A DNA stretch of 64,000 nucleotides from Lama guanicoe (lineage: Eukaryota), in NCBI GenBank assembly GCA_013239625.1, contig MU053472.1:868001-932000 (forward strand), in the 5' to 3' direction. Below the pieces are notes generated by a model. It was not told the origin of the DNA. It searched no databases and saw nothing but the letters and a program-made list of their open reading frames with translations. Below, piece after piece: positions 60,641 through 64,000 of this stretch. The position numbers and the translations under genes are program-made. Positions within the stretch are counted from its first letter, which is position 1. Each line of letters begins with the position of its first letter.

Positions 60641-61701
60641 GGGGGACGGTGTTTTGGAGAAGTCTTAAGCTGCATGGTAGGACACGCACATCTCTCTGGA
60701 GCATAGAGGCACCAGCTTTGGTGGTGAGCCCCCTCTACCCCCCTTCCCAAATCCAAACTTCTAGTTCCATTCCCCTCCTGAAATGAGAGAGGATTGGCCC
60801 CAGGGGTATGGGTGGAATAAGAGAAATCTCAGCTGGGCCTCTTAATTTGGAGTTTAGTGGCATGGGGCTGGCACAGAAAGAGGCTATCTCCCGGGGGCTC
60901 TTGTCAATTACAGTAGGGCTGGAAGCCATGGTTGGGCAGCTTTAGGTACTGGTGACCCCGGCTGGCTTGGTGGAGTGGGGTGGGTGACTGGGAGAGGTGA
61001 GGAGAAAGGGTGGAGTGAGACAGAGAGCCACTCTCTTTGTAGTCAAGAAACTAGTTGATGGATAGAGTCTTAAAAAGGCCTGAAATAACCTCCCTGCCCC
61101 AGTTGAGGGTTCAATGTTCTTTCTTCACGTGGTCCTCCAGGCTGTGCTTCCACATCTCCAGTGTCGGGGAACTCATTAACTCATTCCATTGTTGGGCACT
61201 GCCCGCTGGAAAACTTCTTAGAAACAATTTCTAAGGTACATAGGTTGAGACTGGAGGGGGGAGGAAGACAAGGATTAAGTCATATATACTCTCTTTTGTG
61301 TTAAAATAAAAGATTTAGATGATAGAAACATATATAGAGATATAGATGGATAGGTGATAGGAAGATATGTTTGATGCACAGTAAATTTCAGAAAGAAAAC
61401 ATAAAAATTGGAAGTAGCAATTATTTCTGAAAAGGGAAAATGGAAGGCTATAAAACTGGGTAGTCTGGGAAGGGAGAGAGACCTACTTTACACTGTATCC
61501 CTTTTGACCAGTTTTCATCATGTGCGTGTAGTACTTTTTGTTACTAAAAAAAAGATTTACTTTTTAAAAAGAATATTTTCTACTCAAAGAAAGGGCTGAG
61601 ATAAAGAGAAAATAGTATGATATGAGAAAGAAATAGGATGAGATATAGAGGAGTAGATGAGATAAAGGGCTATAAGGAAACTAAAAATGCAATAGCAGAA
61701 T

Positions 61702-61738
61702 TCACACACCCACACCCACACCCACACACACACACACA
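61702..61738. repeat. (CACACC)n/(CA)n microsatellite
   Basis: cacacacccacacccacacccacacacacacacaca. Confidence 0.9.
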
Positions 61739-62562
61739 ATCACACTGATCATTATACTGAACCAAAGTCCGTCAGTCTCCTTGGAGCCTCCGCCTACTTT
61801 CCCGCTGTGCTAGTTCCATCAACTGGGTCACACAGAAGTCCCTTCCCTCTGCCCCACAGCAGCCCTTCCGGTATTTGAAGATAGAATGAAATTCTACAAG
61901 AGCCTTGTCGGGCACCTATAAACATCTGAGCTGGGTCGTGTTGGATCCCGGCCGCATCAAGACTTCTCTCCTTCACCACGTGTTGAGGACATGCTCTCGC
62001 GAGACTTCCGCCTCTGGTCCTCCCCCCAGGCTCCTGCTTCTCTTAACGGGGGAGCTCAGAACCGGGCTGAGCCTTCCCTATTTCGGGGCTGTCTATGCTG
62101 TTGTCTCACACTCTCTGACCTGGACAGAGGCCCAACCTTCTTTGGCAACAAACTGTGGACACTTGGAGCCTGATGGCCTCAGAGACTATCCAATTCCCAC
62201 ATTTTAAAAATGGATAAACTGAGGCATGATGGAATGGGAGACTGGCCTGAGATCATGAAAGCAAGATCCGCTTTGTGTCCGCTTCTCCTCCCTCCATGAG
62301 CCCTCTGGAAATTCCACCAGGACAGAACATTGGGCAAGGCCACTGGGAGAAGCGGGAGCAATGCTGGCCAGCCTAGCACTGGAAGTGGCTCTATTTCCAG
62401 TATGGATTGTCACAGAACCCAAAGAGCTGGGCAGGCCAGACAGGGCACGAGCGTAACTCAGGCTCACGGAGAAGATGGAGGCAGGGCAGGCATTGGCGTG
62501 CAGTGGTAAGGGTGGAAAGGTAGCTCTGCTGATGCTTCCAGGTGCCCATTCATGCATGCATG

Positions 62563-62650
62563 GGTGTGTGTGTGTGTGTGGTGTGCATGCACATATGAAT
62601 CTGTGTGAGTGGTGTCTGAGTGCAAAGATTGTGTGTGTGTGTGTGTGTGT
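62563..62650. repeat. Compound (TG)n repeat
   Basis: Two (GT)n runs separated by degenerate TG-rich sequence. Confidence 0.85.
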
Positions 62651-63224
62651 CTACATGTTACAGCCCTCAGCACACTGACTGCTTTGTTCTCAAGGCTGCC
62701 TCCTCCCCTGAACTGTGGCCTGATATTTCATCTTTTTTTTTTTTTAATTTCACTATTCCCAGTGCTAAGTACAGTCCATGGCATATAGTAGGTGCCCAGC
62801 AAATGTTTGCTGGACTAAACCGGATTGAATTGACTTCAACTGAACTGGGATGAATTTCCCCGGTGAGACTCGAGGCACAGGAGCCAATACCAAGGAGAGG
62901 GAAGGAAAACATGCCACGTGGGTGAGGTTCGTGTGGGTCTGTGCATGCATGTTTGGGGCAAGGCTCCAAGTTCGCCTGTGGGTCCGTATGCCTGCTGTGA
63001 CCCTACCCTGGCACGAGTGGGTTCAAACCACAAGGAGGGAACGTGTGCACACACACGGGTGTGCCAGCTCCAACAGCCCTCTCGTGCATGCATAAAGCCC
63101 AGTGACCCCTGGCTTTAGTCGAACCAGGTTTCTTCCCGGTAAACCTGGAGCAGCTAAAAATTAGTATGAAAATGGTAGTGTTCAGTTAAAAGGAAGGGGG
63201 GGTGGTGGGAAGAGATGAGGGTGC

Positions 63225-63625
63225 CCGTGAGTGCTATTTTATTTCTCAGTGAGAGGATAAAGTGATTTTTCCTACATAATTTTTGATGTAGAGGCTAAAT
63301 TAGGCCGGAGGAGAGGGACAAAGCAACTTTCGCCCTCATTAGTATTCCGGCCGCGTTGGCCCAGCCACGGCAGTTATGTATTTTTGCAAGTATGCATATA
63401 ATTTATTGTGGAGAACACAATTTACATGGTAGTCGATGCCTGTTTTATAGCCTCACAAATAGATGTATGAACTCAAGCATATAATGGCCCAACCAGCAGG
63501 CGCAAATACGTTCTAAATCTTCTAAATGTGCTTCACAAAAATGTAACTGAGGAATATAAAACAGATCAATTCTTGCATGTTATATATTGGTTTTTGATTT
63601 ACAAATCTAATCTGGGACATTTCTT
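63225..63625. promoter_or_regulatory. Candidate conserved non-coding element (enhancer-like)
   Basis: ~400 bp AT-rich unique block with CpGs; taaatta, ctcatta, atgcatataattta, aatttac, ttttatag and tgatttac motifs. Confidence 0.55.
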
Positions 63626-64000
63626 CAGAAATGAGGGGATTTTTCCCCCCTCCTCCCCCTCCCCTTCCTCCACCAACTTCTCTGTGCACAAACCTCACCT
63701 GCTGATCAGGTGCCTGCTGGCGCTACCCCCACCCCAGGATGTGCATGCGTGCCCACGTGTGGTGCATAGTTCTGCCCAGCTGCCTGTGTGTGCACTCAAA
63801 GGGGTGTTGGGAAGCTGCAGACCTTGGGTGGAAGGGATGGAGTGATCTTTGCTCCATCTTTGTGACCTCCCCCATTTGAAGCTGAAAATTTGGGCAGGAG
63901 GGCTGATAAGAGGACCCCTTGGGGTGTGGCATCTCTCCAGCCTGGCCCCTCTGGGCTCCTGCCTCAGTGGCCTATTTTCTCTGGACCCAGACCAGCTTCA

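Noticed and set aside
108..63932. The many 60-250 aa ORFs in the supplied track
   Set aside because: They overlap in all frames, are Pro/Gly/Ser/Arg-biased as expected for GC-rich non-coding DNA, often start at non-ATG codons or run through MIR/L2/L1, and resemble no protein I recognise.
1..64000. Naming the host locus or target gene
   Set aside because: No exon or recognisable landmark; needs a BLAT/synteny search.

Overview
Mammalian, GC-rich, apparently non-coding genomic DNA, either a gene desert or a very large intron. tRNA-Ala-derived SINEs of the vic-1 type point to a camelid (alpaca/llama/camel). I can support no protein-coding gene, functional RNA gene or CRISPR array; the supplied ORFs look like chance frames or degenerate LINE-1 ORF2 remnants. 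Much of the window is decayed transposable elements (MIR, L2, L3/CR1, L1, MLT1/ERVL LTRs, hAT and Tigger DNA transposons), including nested insertions with readable target-site duplications. Between the repeats lie about a dozen unique, homeodomain-motif-rich blocks, an orphan CpG island (~18 kb), two small promoter-like CpG patches, an RE1/NRSE-like site and a nuclear-receptor half-site array. This is the expected architecture of an enhancer cluster for a nearby developmental or neural gene, which cannot be identified from this window. Repeat families were assigned by eye from remembered consensus motifs, boundaries are approximate, and conservation is inferred, not measured.
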